A stretch of 64,000 nt of DNA from Candidatus Kaiserbacteria bacterium (GTDB lineage Bacteria > Patescibacteriota > Minisyncoccia > Phycocordibacterales > Phycocordibacteraceae): the NCBI GenBank assembly GCA_963813065.1, contig CAWEXP010000008.1:9289-73288 (forward strand), given 5' to 3'. A program made the translations under genes and the position numbers. Shown here piece by piece: positions 1 through 9,365 of this stretch. Within the stretch, counting starts at the first letter, position 1. Each line of letters begins with the position of its first letter. Under the pieces are notes generated by a model. The model saw only the letters and a program-made list of their open reading frames with translations. It did not search any database and was not told the origin of the DNA.

Positions 1-684
1 ACTGTTGGTCAAATAATCCTGGAGATACTGGAGTTGATTCTCGGGGAGCGGTTGGTCATACGTGCTGATGATTGCCTCGGCATTGGCCGCGTAGGCTTTG
101 AGTGCCTCGGGTCCACTGCCAGACACTTTTATATCTACTGCGGTCTTAAAGTCGGGCGCGGGGGCAACACTCGATTCGAGTTGCCCAAGCGCTTGATCGG
201 CAATCGCATTAATCTGGTCAGCGGTCAGGGAGCCGCCATTCGCCTGCTCGGCAGAGAGATAGAGCGCGAAGAAATTTTTGGAGAAGGTGTCGGTAAGTGA
301 ACCTTGGGTGGGAGCAGGGACACCGCCCACGGTTGCACTCGAAGTGGGGGTAGTGGGAGCATTAAGTGCGTTCGTATTGGCAACGGGCACAATGAGCCCT
401 TTCGCAACCGCCGCGCCGTCATCCATGCCAAGGTGGAAGTAGTCGGTGGTCGTTGCGTCGAGCGGAATGCCATACAGCACCTTCTGCCAGTCGGGAAGAC
501 CGTCGCCGGTTGAATCCTTGTTCGCAACCTGTTCGAGAAGCGCGGTCTCGGTCGAGGCTTGCGCCACCGGCGGCGTTACGAGACCCTGCGCGAGCACGTA
601 TGCACCTGCGATGAGGAGCACAGAAAAACCGAGTGCCGCGAATATGTATCGGTTTCGCAGAATCTGCCCCATAGTATTAAACAT
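1..684 (-). CDS. hypothetical membrane-anchored/secreted protein, partial (C-terminus lies beyond window start)
   Basis: Own translation of minus strand from ATG (complement of 682..684): MFNTMGQILRNRYIFAALGFSVLLIAGAYVLAQGLVTPPVAQAST... has an N-terminal hydrophobic anchor and stays open to position 1. Absent from the ORF track because it is unterminated. Confidence 0.4.
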   Translation of the reverse strand, partial: MFNTMGQILRNRYIFAALGFSVLLIAGAYVLAQGLVTPPVAQASTETALLEQVANKDSTGDGLPDWQKVLYGIPLDATTTDYFHLGMDDGAAVAKGLIVPVANTNALNAPTTPTSSATVGGVPAPTQGSLTDTFSKNFFALYLSAEQANGGSLTADQINAIADQALGQLESSVAPAPDFKTAVDIKVSGSGPEALKAYAANAEAIISTYDQPLPENQLQYLQDYLTNS

Positions 685-754
685 AAGTATAGCAGTCGGC
701 GACGTTCTCGAGACTCAAGGGAACGCAAGGTGTGCATTAGTCCCCGCGCCGGAC

Positions 755-2356
755 TTACGAAAACGCAAGGATAAGAATCACGCTCGCGAGATAGAGGAAA
801 TAGAGCGAGAAAAGGAAGTTCTCTTTTTCCCCACGCACAATTGATACCCATGCGACCACACCCGTGATGACTGAAGGTACCCACAGAGCCAGCACGGGAA
901 TGAACAGGGGGATTATGAGGGCCGCGAGACAACACATGCCGCCGATAACAAAACGTGCGCGGCGCTCTCCAAGCAGGGTCGGTATCGTCCATATATGTGC
1001 CGCGGCATCGCCTTGGATATCTTTGAGGTCACGCACATTCGCCATGAGGGTCACTGACAAGAAGATGGCGAATGCGAGTGGCGCGGGAAAAGCGATGATC
1101 GTTTGATTCGCCGACACCAGGAAGAATCCGAGTAACACGAGAGACAAAGTCGCAACACCGATGAACGCAGACGCAAGAATCGGGACACGTTTGAGCCGGA
1201 GCGGCGGCGTGGAGTAGATGAATGCACACGCACTGAAGGCAAGTACCCAGAAGGTTGCATAGGAGCCGAGTGCGAGCGCACCCACGAGTGTCATCGCGCC
1301 GGAAACGAACACCACGTCGCGCATTGTGCTCGGCGTGAGCATACCAGTGATGAGTGGACGTTCCTTATTCGAGATAGCATCAATTGGCTCGTCGACGATA
1401 TCGTTGATGGTAATCGCGAACAGCCAGGCGAAGGTGATGGTGAGTGCGGCGACCGCAATCGTTATGATATCGAGAATATTCCACGAGACCCTCGACCCTT
1501 CCGCGAGCGCGATGAGTCCACCGAGAATTGCGGCGATGATGTAGTGTGCGAGGCGCTCGGGGCGCAGGTTCCGCAGTGTCGCAATCACCGCATGTTTTTG
1601 TGCGCGATACAAAAGTACCAGTCCCGTAAACGTGACGAAGAGATACCAGGTCTGCGCCATTGCCGCATCGAACAGGAGCTCGGCAGTTCGATATGCGCTG
1701 TGTATTTCAGATGGGTGTAAGAAATCACGGGCGATGAGTGAGCCCTGTAAGACGAGCACCCATGCGGAGGCTCCACTGCCCGCGCCAACCGGGAAGAAGA
1801 GGCCGATGAGGCTTGGTAAAGAGCCCGCGATAAATATTACAAGATAGCCCGCAACGAGCGCGAGCAGGGCACGTAGAGGTTGCTTAGTTCGGACGTAGAC
1901 ATATCCTCCGAGAATAAGGAGTGCGCACGCAATCTCAACACGCAAGCCGAACGTCGCGCCCGAGCCAGCCAACGGACCGAAATACGTCAAGAAATCGTAA
2001 AGAAGGGCCTGCGGACTTACCGCAAATATATAGCCAATGGAAGCACCACCTCGGCAGAGATCAATGAGCGGTCCGAGCCAGAGGACTGGCAGAACGAACA
2101 GGAGTGCTCGCGCGACGCAGAGTGGTGCGGTTCGTGAAAAGATGCTCACTATGGTCACGAGCATGAGCGCGACAGCGAGATACCAGAGTCCATAACTCAA
2201 GAGTGTCGGCAGATCACTCGCGACATAGCCACTCACATTCGGACTCGAAAATACTTCAAGAAAACAACGAATCCAGACAATGCCCGCAAAACCGGCGAGC
2301 CAGGTCGCAACGCTCATCGGCGTATTTTCGAGCGAAGCGATGAACCGTTCGAGCAT
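755..2356 (-). CDS. UbiA-superfamily prenyltransferase-like polytopic membrane protein (533 aa)
   Basis: Asp-rich motifs NDIVDEPID (NDxxDxxxD) and DLKDIQGD. Many predicted TM helices. Twelve nt upstream of rsmA on the same strand. Confidence 0.6.
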   Translation of the reverse strand: MLERFIASLENTPMSVATWLAGFAGIVWIRCFLEVFSSPNVSGYVASDLPTLLSYGLWYLAVALMLVTIVSIFSRTAPLCVARALLFVLPVLWLGPLIDLCRGGASIGYIFAVSPQALLYDFLTYFGPLAGSGATFGLRVEIACALLILGGYVYVRTKQPLRALLALVAGYLVIFIAGSLPSLIGLFFPVGAGSGASAWVLVLQGSLIARDFLHPSEIHSAYRTAELLFDAAMAQTWYLFVTFTGLVLLYRAQKHAVIATLRNLRPERLAHYIIAAILGGLIALAEGSRVSWNILDIITIAVAALTITFAWLFAITINDIVDEPIDAISNKERPLITGMLTPSTMRDVVFVSGAMTLVGALALGSYATFWVLAFSACAFIYSTPPLRLKRVPILASAFIGVATLSLVLLGFFLVSANQTIIAFPAPLAFAIFLSVTLMANVRDLKDIQGDAAAHIWTIPTLLGERRARFVIGGMCCLAALIIPLFIPVLALWVPSVITGVVAWVSIVRGEKENFLFSLYFLYLASVILILAFS

Positions 2357-2368
2357 GGGGAGAGTATA

Positions 2369-3136
2369 TCAAGCAATGAGTTGTAGCCAATCAGCGAGCG
2401 AGAGATCTTCGGCACGCGCTTTTTCAGGGATAGTGCCCGCATCGAGACCCGCACCTTCGAGATTCTTGCGGACGAACTTGCGCTTGTGCGCGAAGCCCGC
2501 ATGGAGATAGTCAAAAAACTTTTTTTCGACAACGGGTGATGAGAAATGTTTGCGCGAAATATTTTTAATCGAGAGTACCGCCGAATCTACGTTGGGTGCG
2601 GGCACAAAAGCACCACGCGGTACGGTGAACTCATATTTCGGCTCGCCGTATACTTTCACTGAGAGCGCGAGAATGTTTCCTTTTTTCTCTCGCGCAATGC
2701 GCTCTGCAACTTCTTTTTGCACGAGCACCACGATGCGACTCGGTTGGCTCTCTGATGCGAGAAACTTACGGAAGATGTCACCGGTCAGGTAATAGGGAAT
2801 GTTCGCGACGAACGCATAGCCCGCGGGGAGTGTGCTCGGGTCGAAGGTGCGGATGTCGCCCTGCACTAATTTTAATTTCCCACTCGCGATTTCTTCAGCG
2901 AAGGTACCGTGTAACTGCTGGAACAGTTCTGGATCAGCTTCAACCGCAACAACGCGGCCCACCCTTTGCAACAAAGGTCGGGTTAACATGCCGGTCCCTG
3001 GCCCAATCTCGAGCACAGTGTCGGCGGGAGTGAGCTCGGCAGAATCAGCGATGCGTTCCGCAATCCGCGCGTGCATCAAGAAATTTTGTCCCAAACTTTT
3101 TTTCGCGCGTATCATACGATAATCGCATCTTCCCAC
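2369..3136 (-). CDS. rsmA: 16S rRNA (adenine1518/1519-N6)-dimethyltransferase RsmA/KsgA
   Basis: LGQNFLMHARIAERIA...VLEIGPGTGMLT SAM-binding motif. Start may be the internal Met (MIRAKKSLGQNFL). Confidence 0.9.
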   Translation of the reverse strand: MGRCDYRMIRAKKSLGQNFLMHARIAERIADSAELTPADTVLEIGPGTGMLTRPLLQRVGRVVAVEADPELFQQLHGTFAEEIASGKLKLVQGDIRTFDPSTLPAGYAFVANIPYYLTGDIFRKFLASESQPSRIVVLVQKEVAERIAREKKGNILALSVKVYGEPKYEFTVPRGAFVPAPNVDSAVLSIKNISRKHFSSPVVEKKFFDYLHAGFAHKRKFVRKNLEGAGLDAGTIPEKARAEDLSLADWLQLIA

Positions 3137-5091
3137 TCTCCTTCTTCATATTCAATATGGTGGCCACCCATAGAGCGGAGAAATGAAGACGGCTCGGCAA
3201 CGAAGTCACTCCCATAAATTTTCCGAATGCGCGCGAGCGTGAGTACGAGTCGTGTTTTCGCGCGCGTCATCGCGACATAGAAAAGTCTCCGCTCCTCCTC
3301 TTCGTCGCGGTCCGCATCGTTGCCCATGCCTTGGTGCGGGAACAGTCCTTCTTCCATCCCCGCGACGAAGACCGTATCGAATTCCAAACCTTTCGCCGCG
3401 TGTACCGTCATCATGGTGACACCCCTAGACGGCTCTTGCGAGCCGTCGGGCGACCCGCCTTCGGCGGGTTTAGCCTTTTTCTCTGGACGATCCAATTCAT
3501 CCTGGTCGCCCGCGAGCGCAGTCTCGGCGAGAAAGGCCGCGATGCCCTCTTTGCCGGGCAGAGCATCGTGACGCGTCGCGAGCGTCGCCAGTTCCTGTAT
3601 GTTCTCGAATCGTTCGCGATCTTCTTCGCTCCCCTCGCCCATCTTCACCAATCCGCTTTTTTCCAGCACGAGCTTCACGAATGCTGAGGGCACCAACTTC
3701 TCGCTCGCGCGTTCGAGTTCAGCAAGAATTTTTTCAAACGCCTCGACCTTCGCGAGCTCGCCTGCGCGGAGCTCGTCGCGCTTGCCCGTCGCCATCTTTG
3801 CGAGCAAAACTTTCCCGATACCGCGTGGCGGCGAGCCCGCCGCGCGGATTCGATCGCTCGCGCGCGCCGGTTCGAGCGCGAGTCGCATCCACGCGAGCGC
3901 GTCCTTCACTTCTTTCCGTTCAAAAAATCTCGTGCCGAGCAATTTGTACGGCACACCCGCGCGCAAGAGTCCTTCTTCGAGTGCCCGCGATTGGAAGTTG
4001 GTTCGGAATAATATCGCGACGGTCTCCGGCTTCTCGCCCGCGCGCATGAGCGATTTTATTCTCTGCGCGATCCACTGCGCCTCTTGCTCGGCATTCACGG
4101 CAACATGCACGAGAATTTTTTCTCCCGCCGGATTATCTGTCACCGATTTTTTCTCTTTTCTATTTTTATTTTCCTCAATAACCGAATTCGCCGCATCGAC
4201 AATCGTCTTCGACGAACGATAATTGTGTTCGAGGATAATCGTCTCGGCGCCCGGATACCGCTCCTCGAATTCCAAAATATTTTCCATCTTCGCACCGCGC
4301 CACCCGTAGATTGATTGATCACCATCACCAACAACAAAAATATTTTTGTGTTTCTCGGCGAGCATGGCCGCGAGTTTTTCTTGCAGACGATTCGTATCTT
4401 GATATTCGTCGATGTGGATATACTGCCAGCGCGCTTGGGCGAGCGCGCGGACGTCGGCGTGTTCTTCGAGCAGTCGCACCGGGAGCGCGATGAGGTCGTC
4501 GAAGTCGAGCGCTTTTTCTTCTTTCAATACCTGCTCATACTTCCGCCACGCCTCCGCCGCGATCCGACCGCCGAAACTGCTACGGCCAAATTTCTCTGCG
4601 AACTCACTCACGCGCAGACCCTCCCCTTTCGCCTTCGAGATTCTGCCGAGTACCGCGCGCGGCGACAATTCTTTTGCCTCGACATCGAGCGCCTTCAGCG
4701 CTTGCCCAATCGCGCGCTCCGAGTCATCGCGATCGTAGATAGAAAAATAGCGCGGAAGCCCGATGGCATTGCCGTATTTCTCCAAGAGTTCCCGGCCCAG
4801 TCCATGAAAAGTTGCCACAAAAGGCATTCCGTTTGTTATCTGGTGCTTGGAGCTTGGTGCTTCCGCGTCCAACATCTTGTGGACGCGGTCTCGCATCTCG
4901 CGGGCGGCCTTGTTGGTGAAGGTGACGGCAAGAATTTCATGTGCAGGCACGCCCTGCCGGATAAGGTGATAGATCCGCGTCGCGAGGACGCGCGTTTTCC
5001 CGCTCCCGGCACCGGCAAGCACCGCGACCGGGCCCGAGGTTGCGAGGACCGCCCTTTTTTGCGCTTCATTCAATCCTTCGAGGTAATTCAC
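3112..5091 (-). CDS. uvrD: UvrD/PcrA-family ATP-dependent DNA helicase
   Basis: Walker A AGAGSGKT near the N-terminus and UvrD-family helicase motifs throughout its 659 aa. Confidence 0.9.
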   Translation of the reverse strand: MNYLEGLNEAQKRAVLATSGPVAVLAGAGSGKTRVLATRIYHLIRQGVPAHEILAVTFTNKAAREMRDRVHKMLDAEAPSSKHQITNGMPFVATFHGLGRELLEKYGNAIGLPRYFSIYDRDDSERAIGQALKALDVEAKELSPRAVLGRISKAKGEGLRVSEFAEKFGRSSFGGRIAAEAWRKYEQVLKEEKALDFDDLIALPVRLLEEHADVRALAQARWQYIHIDEYQDTNRLQEKLAAMLAEKHKNIFVVGDGDQSIYGWRGAKMENILEFEERYPGAETIILEHNYRSSKTIVDAANSVIEENKNRKEKKSVTDNPAGEKILVHVAVNAEQEAQWIAQRIKSLMRAGEKPETVAILFRTNFQSRALEEGLLRAGVPYKLLGTRFFERKEVKDALAWMRLALEPARASDRIRAAGSPPRGIGKVLLAKMATGKRDELRAGELAKVEAFEKILAELERASEKLVPSAFVKLVLEKSGLVKMGEGSEEDRERFENIQELATLATRHDALPGKEGIAAFLAETALAGDQDELDRPEKKAKPAEGGSPDGSQEPSRGVTMMTVHAAKGLEFDTVFVAGMEEGLFPHQGMGNDADRDEEEERRLFYVAMTRAKTRLVLTLARIRKIYGSDFVAEPSSFLRSMGGHHIEYEEGEWEDAIIV

Positions 5092-5348
5092 CTGCGCACT
5101 CTACCATTTCGACACTGTACACACCCTCCTGCCAAGCCGGTTGACGCGACTGGTGGATAGGCTAGACTTGCCGAGTCTCCCGCCATGGAAGCATTCAAGA
5201 AATGGCTTAGGTAAGCCGTTTTTGTATCTGGAAGCCCGATCGATCGCCCCACATTCACATCCCCCTGATTCCACTCATTGCGCTCCTTTTCTCTTTCCCG
5301 CAGTCGGCCGCGGCTTTTTGGCCGTTCTCTTCGCAGGCGGATGCCGCC

Positions 5349-6299
5349 ATGAGCGCCGTTATGCCCAGCGCATCGACACCCACTCTCTCCGCGCCGACCA
5401 ACACCAACGCCAACGCCTCCCTCCCGCCCGACGTCTCGATGTCGGGCGGTTCTGCACTCCTCGCCTATTCGGGCCCCGCCGGCACCATCGCCGACGTCGC
5501 CAGCTCGACCCAGCCGGATACCATCTCGGTCTACGAGGTTCGCCCCGGCGACACGCTCTCGCAAATCGCCAACCTTTTTGACGTCTCGGTGAACACCATT
5601 GTCTGGGCCAACAATCTCGGGAGCGTGAAGGATGTTCACCCGGGCGATACGCTCATCATCTTGCCGGTATCGGGCATCCAGCGCGTCATCGCGAAGGGCG
5701 ACACCCTTAAATCGCTGGCCAAGAAATATGGCGCCGATGCGACCGAAATCGCCGAATTCAACGGCCTCGACCCTGCGGCACCGCTCGCGGTCGGCGACAC
5801 CCTCATCATCCCCGGCGGCGAGCTCAATGCACCGGCGCCCGCAGGCGCAAAGGCGTCAGCCAAGGCTTCGAGAGAAATCTATGAGCCCTATCTCGGCGGC
5901 TCGGGCGCGGCACTCGCGGGCTATTACACCGACCCGCTCCCCGGCGCGCCGGTCACCCAGGGCATCCACGGTTGGAATGCGGTTGACCTCGGCGCCGCCA
6001 AGGGTACGCCCATCCACGCCGCCGCCGACGGCATCGCCATCATCGCCAAGGACAATGGTTCCTGGAACGGTGGCTACGGCAATTACGTCGTAATCTCGCA
6101 CCCCAATGGCACTCAGACTCTCTATGCACACATGAAAGCCACGGCCGTCGCGGCTGGCTCGCCGGTTTCGCAGGGTCAAGTCATCGGCTATGTCGGCATG
6201 ACGGGCCTCACCACCGGGCCACACCTCCACTTCGAAGTCCGCGGTGCCAAGAATCCTTTTGCCAATTGCCCCGTCGGAAGCGTCTGCAGTCCGCAGTAG
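5349..6299 (+). CDS. LysM-domain M23-family peptidoglycan endopeptidase
   Basis: Two LysM-like repeats (YEVRPGDTLSQIA..., VIAKGDTLKSLAKKYG). M23 signatures: HNGT...YAHM and TGPHLHFEV. Forty-six in-frame codons upstream (5211..5348) encode a signal-peptide-like hydrophobic segment but lack a canonical start codon. Confidence 0.8.
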   Translation: MSAVMPSASTPTLSAPTNTNANASLPPDVSMSGGSALLAYSGPAGTIADVASSTQPDTISVYEVRPGDTLSQIANLFDVSVNTIVWANNLGSVKDVHPGDTLIILPVSGIQRVIAKGDTLKSLAKKYGADATEIAEFNGLDPAAPLAVGDTLIIPGGELNAPAPAGAKASAKASREIYEPYLGGSGAALAGYYTDPLPGAPVTQGIHGWNAVDLGAAKGTPIHAAADGIAIIAKDNGSWNGGYGNYVVISHPNGTQTLYAHMKATAVAAGSPVSQGQVIGYVGMTGLTTGPHLHFEVRGAKNPFANCPVGSVCSPQ

Positions 6300-7130
6300 C
6301 TAGCGTTTTTCAATAAAGAAATTCTTTCCCATTTTCACTTTCAGCGCGCGGGCCTTCCGCGCGTTTCTTGTTATTTTGATCTTGTGCCGTGCTTTTATGA
6401 GGAGCAGTCGATCAAACTCGCTCCGCACCACTTCGTCGAACGTCTCGTGTTCCCGGTACAGCACGTCAACATCCCGAGCCACCACGGGATCAAGGTGCGC
6501 CTCGGTAATGTAGTCACCAATGACCACCACATAACGATTGCGCTCAGGAAAAATCTCCTCCATGTGGTACTGCCGGAGATCGCTGTCAAAATCTTTTTGA
6601 ATCACCTTATCGAGCGGATCCGTGCCGCCCACCGTCATGAGGAACTGTCGCCCGCTCTTCGCAATGTCCGCGACCAGCTTCTTCTCCGTCTCGGCGCGCG
6701 CGAGATAGAAGAAATAATGCGGATCATAGGTGTAAACCGGCTCGGTCACGGGCGTTTGATTAATAATAAGGCTTTGCGAATGGCCCCAGAACGTGTCGAG
6801 ATGTCGCGTATTCGAGAAGATGTACGAGACACTCTCCTTCTCGCCGAGCGCGAGAACGCCTGTTTCCTCCCTTTTCGGCAGATAGACTTCTTGCACCTGT
6901 TCCGCGACCGAGGCCAGTTCCTTCACCCAGGCAACATTCAACGCCACGTTCTTTTTATAAATAGTGATGGACTCCTCGGCCTCGAGTTTCCGCAGTGCCG
7001 CATAGAAACCCTGCTTGGTTACCTTCTTCTCTTCGGCAATCGCGGCCAGGAGCGTAGTGGTTCGCCGCTCGCCGCCCCGCAGGCGGTAGAGAATCCGTTC
7101 TTCTATATCTATAGGCTTGAGCAGGCTCAT
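6300..7130 (-). CDS. winged-HTH regulator-like protein, paralog family A
   Basis: N-terminal wHTH (RILYRLRGGERRTTTLLAAIAEEKKVTKQGFYAALRKLEAEE). Its C-terminal domain shares LDxFW, PHDxF and KAxALKxK...F motifs with 7556..8362 and 22138..22950. Confidence 0.6.
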   Translation of the reverse strand: MSLLKPIDIEERILYRLRGGERRTTTLLAAIAEEKKVTKQGFYAALRKLEAEESITIYKKNVALNVAWVKELASVAEQVQEVYLPKREETGVLALGEKESVSYIFSNTRHLDTFWGHSQSLIINQTPVTEPVYTYDPHYFFYLARAETEKKLVADIAKSGRQFLMTVGGTDPLDKVIQKDFDSDLRQYHMEEIFPERNRYVVVIGDYITEAHLDPVVARDVDVLYREHETFDEVVRSEFDRLLLIKARHKIKITRNARKARALKVKMGKNFFIEKR

Positions 7131-7268
7131 GGGTAGAATAGTATCAGAAAGTAAACTATTTATTTACTATTTGGCCATAATAGGCTATATTTTGTACAAA
7201 GTCAAACATTACGCGTATTCTCGGGGCAGACAAAGGGCGGGATGGTCTCGCCCTGAATGGAGGTAGCC

Positions 7269-7478
7269 ATGAAAAATCCTATGATCTTGGTCTACATTGG
7301 GCTCCTACTGCTTGGTGTTTTCGTCGCTGGCGAACTCATAACGAATCTCCTCGATCTCACCACCTACGGACATTTTGACTTGTGGGTCGAGTATGGATGC
7401 CCGATTGCACTGCTTAGCCTTGCACTGATCCTTGTGGGTGTCCTCTTAGAGAATGCCAAAAGCGGACCACACCCCTGA
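7269..7478 (+). CDS. small two-TM membrane protein (69 aa)
   Basis: GGAGG sits 7 nt before ATG 7269. Hydrophobic sequence MKNPMILVYIGLLLLGVFVAG... Followed by the terminator at 7491..7519. Confidence 0.45.
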   Translation: MKNPMILVYIGLLLLGVFVAGELITNLLDLTTYGHFDLWVEYGCPIALLSLALILVGVLLENAKSGPHP

Positions 7479-7490
7479 CTAGCGAACTCA

Positions 7491-7519
7491 AGAGCCCCGC
7501 AATGCGGGGCTCTTTTCTA
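7491..7519 (+). terminator. Rho-independent terminator
   Basis: agagccccgc-aat-gcggggctct stem followed by TCTTTT. Confidence 0.6.
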
Positions 7520-7538
7520 TACAAAACCGAGCATATCT

Positions 7539-7553
7539 ATTAAACTTTTAGTT
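7539..7553. repeat. left copy of a perfect 15-bp inverted repeat (attaaacttttagtt) bracketing gene 7556..8362
   Basis: Its reverse complement aactaaaagtttaat recurs exactly at 8362..8376. Confidence 0.7.
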
Positions 7554-7555
7554 GT

Positions 7556-8362
7556 ATGCAGAAAGCGCACGAGCAAATGCGGGAGCGAATAATTGAAACG
7601 CTTGCGGAAGGACCGCGGGAGAAGGTGGCCCTGCGCGATGAGGTCGTCGGCACCAAGCTCACGGTGCAGGGATTCTACAAAGCGCTTGCGAGATTGCGCG
7701 CCGAAGAGGTAGTGACGGTTCACAAAGGGTCCGTCAGTCTCGCGGTCGTGTGGATCCAACACCAAATGCGGCGCTTAGAGGAGATGGCGAGCGTGTATGG
7801 CATCCCGGCATATCGGAGCTATTTCGGCTCGCTGAAGAATGGCAAGAGGCTGTCTTTCACCTTTAAAAATTTGCGTGAGCTCGATCTCTTCTGGACCCAG
7901 GCGGCGCTTATCGCGATTGAGGGCGCGCCAAAGGACACGCCCGTTATTTCATTTCTCCCCCACGACTGGTTCGATGTCGTGCGCCCAAGCAGTTCCGAGA
8001 TTTGGTTCAAGATGCTAGGCAAACGGAATCCACACGTGAACGTCATCACGTACGCGACCCGAGAAGAAAAGAAATTGAGCGAGCACCCGGGTGTGACCAA
8101 GATCGAGAACATGTTTGGCGAGAATCCGCTCCAGCAAAAAGAATCGGACTATGTGAATATGATTGGTGATTTAATTTTCGAAGTGAAGCTCGATGAATCG
8201 GTTCTCTCGGGAATCAGAAACGCGATGCGCGGCGAGCCAGTCGACATAAACAAGCTAACCGCGAAGACGGGCGTCTTCAAACTCTCCATCAAGCGCGACC
8301 CCGCAAAAGCATTGGCTCTTAAAAAGAAAATCCAAAAGTATTTCTCCATTCGCCTCTTTTAA
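7556..8362 (+). CDS. winged-HTH regulator-like protein, paralog family A
   Basis: Paralog of 6300..7130 and 22138..22950 (shared LDLFW, PHDWF, KALALKKKIQKYF motifs). Divergently arranged with 6300..7130. Confidence 0.6.
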   Translation: MQKAHEQMRERIIETLAEGPREKVALRDEVVGTKLTVQGFYKALARLRAEEVVTVHKGSVSLAVVWIQHQMRRLEEMASVYGIPAYRSYFGSLKNGKRLSFTFKNLRELDLFWTQAALIAIEGAPKDTPVISFLPHDWFDVVRPSSSEIWFKMLGKRNPHVNVITYATREEKKLSEHPGVTKIENMFGENPLQQKESDYVNMIGDLIFEVKLDESVLSGIRNAMRGEPVDINKLTAKTGVFKLSIKRDPAKALALKKKIQKYFSIRLF

Positions 8363-8376
8363 ACTAAAAGTTTAAT
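8362..8376. repeat. right copy of the 15-bp inverted repeat (aactaaaagtttaat)
   Basis: Begins at the stop codon of 7556..8362. Exact reverse complement of 7539..7553. Confidence 0.7.
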
Positions 8377-8474
8377 TATGGTCGTTTGATGACTGTTTCT
8401 TTTACTTTTATTCACATTCGCATAAATCTGCCCGTAGGAAGTCTGGGTGATCATTTATTACGAAGGAGGATGAC

Positions 8475-9290
8475 GTGCTCAAGGAAGAAGAATTCGATTG
8501 GTGGAGTGAGCGAGTTACGAACGAGATCTACCTCTCGACCCACCGCGCGGACTGGTGGAAGTTTTGCGGAATTGTTGCTGAGTTGCTGGCTCCGCAAGAA
8601 AATATGATTGATGTCGGGACCGGCGATGGGCATACGCTCTGGCAAATCGTTTCCCACGCATCGACTATGGACACATTCCGTATCAAACGAATCGATCTAC
8701 TCGAACCGAGTGGAGCTGGGCTTCATTGTGCTGTACGACGTTGTTGCGAGCTTCCGACGTTCTCCTTCAGCGCATATCAAGCGCGTTTCGATCAGTTTGT
8801 AGACTACCAGAGAAGACACGTCGAGACGGGACAGATTCCCAGACAGTATGACGCACTCTTTGCCAGCCACGTGAACTACTACCTTGGTGCCGCGGACACC
8901 GTACAAGGACGAGGCAGATACTTCGCGGCGCTTGACGCAATGACAGACCTCGCGCGCACGGTCATTCTCGTGACCGCACCGCGTGAGAGCGACTACTACA
9001 AAATGGTATCGAATCCGTTCGGAAATTATGTCTATAGCGCTGTGGTTGCGGCACACTACCGCTCACGCGGATTCCAGGTTGAGGTGACTGGTACGACGAT
9101 GCGTTTCTACGTGGAACATGTAAACCAGAGTCGACATGAAGCAGTGGTGCTCTGGAAGTTCTTCAACAACACTGAGCGTCAGCCTACCAACGCTGAGCTC
9201 TCGGCGTTTATCACGAACGCAAATCGCGTGAAAGATGGAGATGGAAATATAAATTTTCGCGATGACATTCTCGTCGTCACTGCTCAGTGA
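8475..9290 (+). CDS. putative SAM-dependent methyltransferase-like protein
   Basis: GTG start with AGGAGG 5 nt upstream. Motif-I-like IDVGTGDGHTL. Terminator downstream. Confidence 0.45.
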   Translation: MLKEEEFDWWSERVTNEIYLSTHRADWWKFCGIVAELLAPQENMIDVGTGDGHTLWQIVSHASTMDTFRIKRIDLLEPSGAGLHCAVRRCCELPTFSFSAYQARFDQFVDYQRRHVETGQIPRQYDALFASHVNYYLGAADTVQGRGRYFAALDAMTDLARTVILVTAPRESDYYKMVSNPFGNYVYSAVVAAHYRSRGFQVEVTGTTMRFYVEHVNQSRHEAVVLWKFFNNTERQPTNAELSAFITNANRVKDGDGNINFRDDILVVTAQ

Positions 9291-9306
9291 AACACTCTAT
9301 ACCTTG

Positions 9307-9333
9307 CCGCCCGATGAAATCGGGCGGTTTTTT
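9307..9333 (+). terminator. Rho-independent terminator
   Basis: ccgcccgat-gaa-atcgggcgg stem followed by TTTTTT. Confidence 0.6.
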
Positions 9334-9352
9334 ATTCAAAACCAAACAAGCC
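9333..9352. repeat. direct repeat DR-L (tattcaaaaccaaacaagcc), a duplicate of the comM 3' terminus
   Basis: Matches 10406..10425 at 19 of 20 positions. Its reverse complement encodes G-L-F-G-F-E-stop, identical to the comM C-terminus. Confidence 0.7.
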
Positions 9353-9365
9353 TTTGCAGTGAAAT

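Noticed and set aside
34-300. 88-aa plus-strand ORF at the window start
   Set aside because: Antisense to the longer, better-supported minus-strand partial ORF (1..684) that has a membrane-anchor N-terminus.
5088-6230. Several ORFs (5088..5639 minus, 5632..6093 plus, 5856..6230 minus)
   Set aside because: Alternative-frame or antisense ORFs overlapping the LysM/M23 peptidase gene, which has diagnostic motifs.
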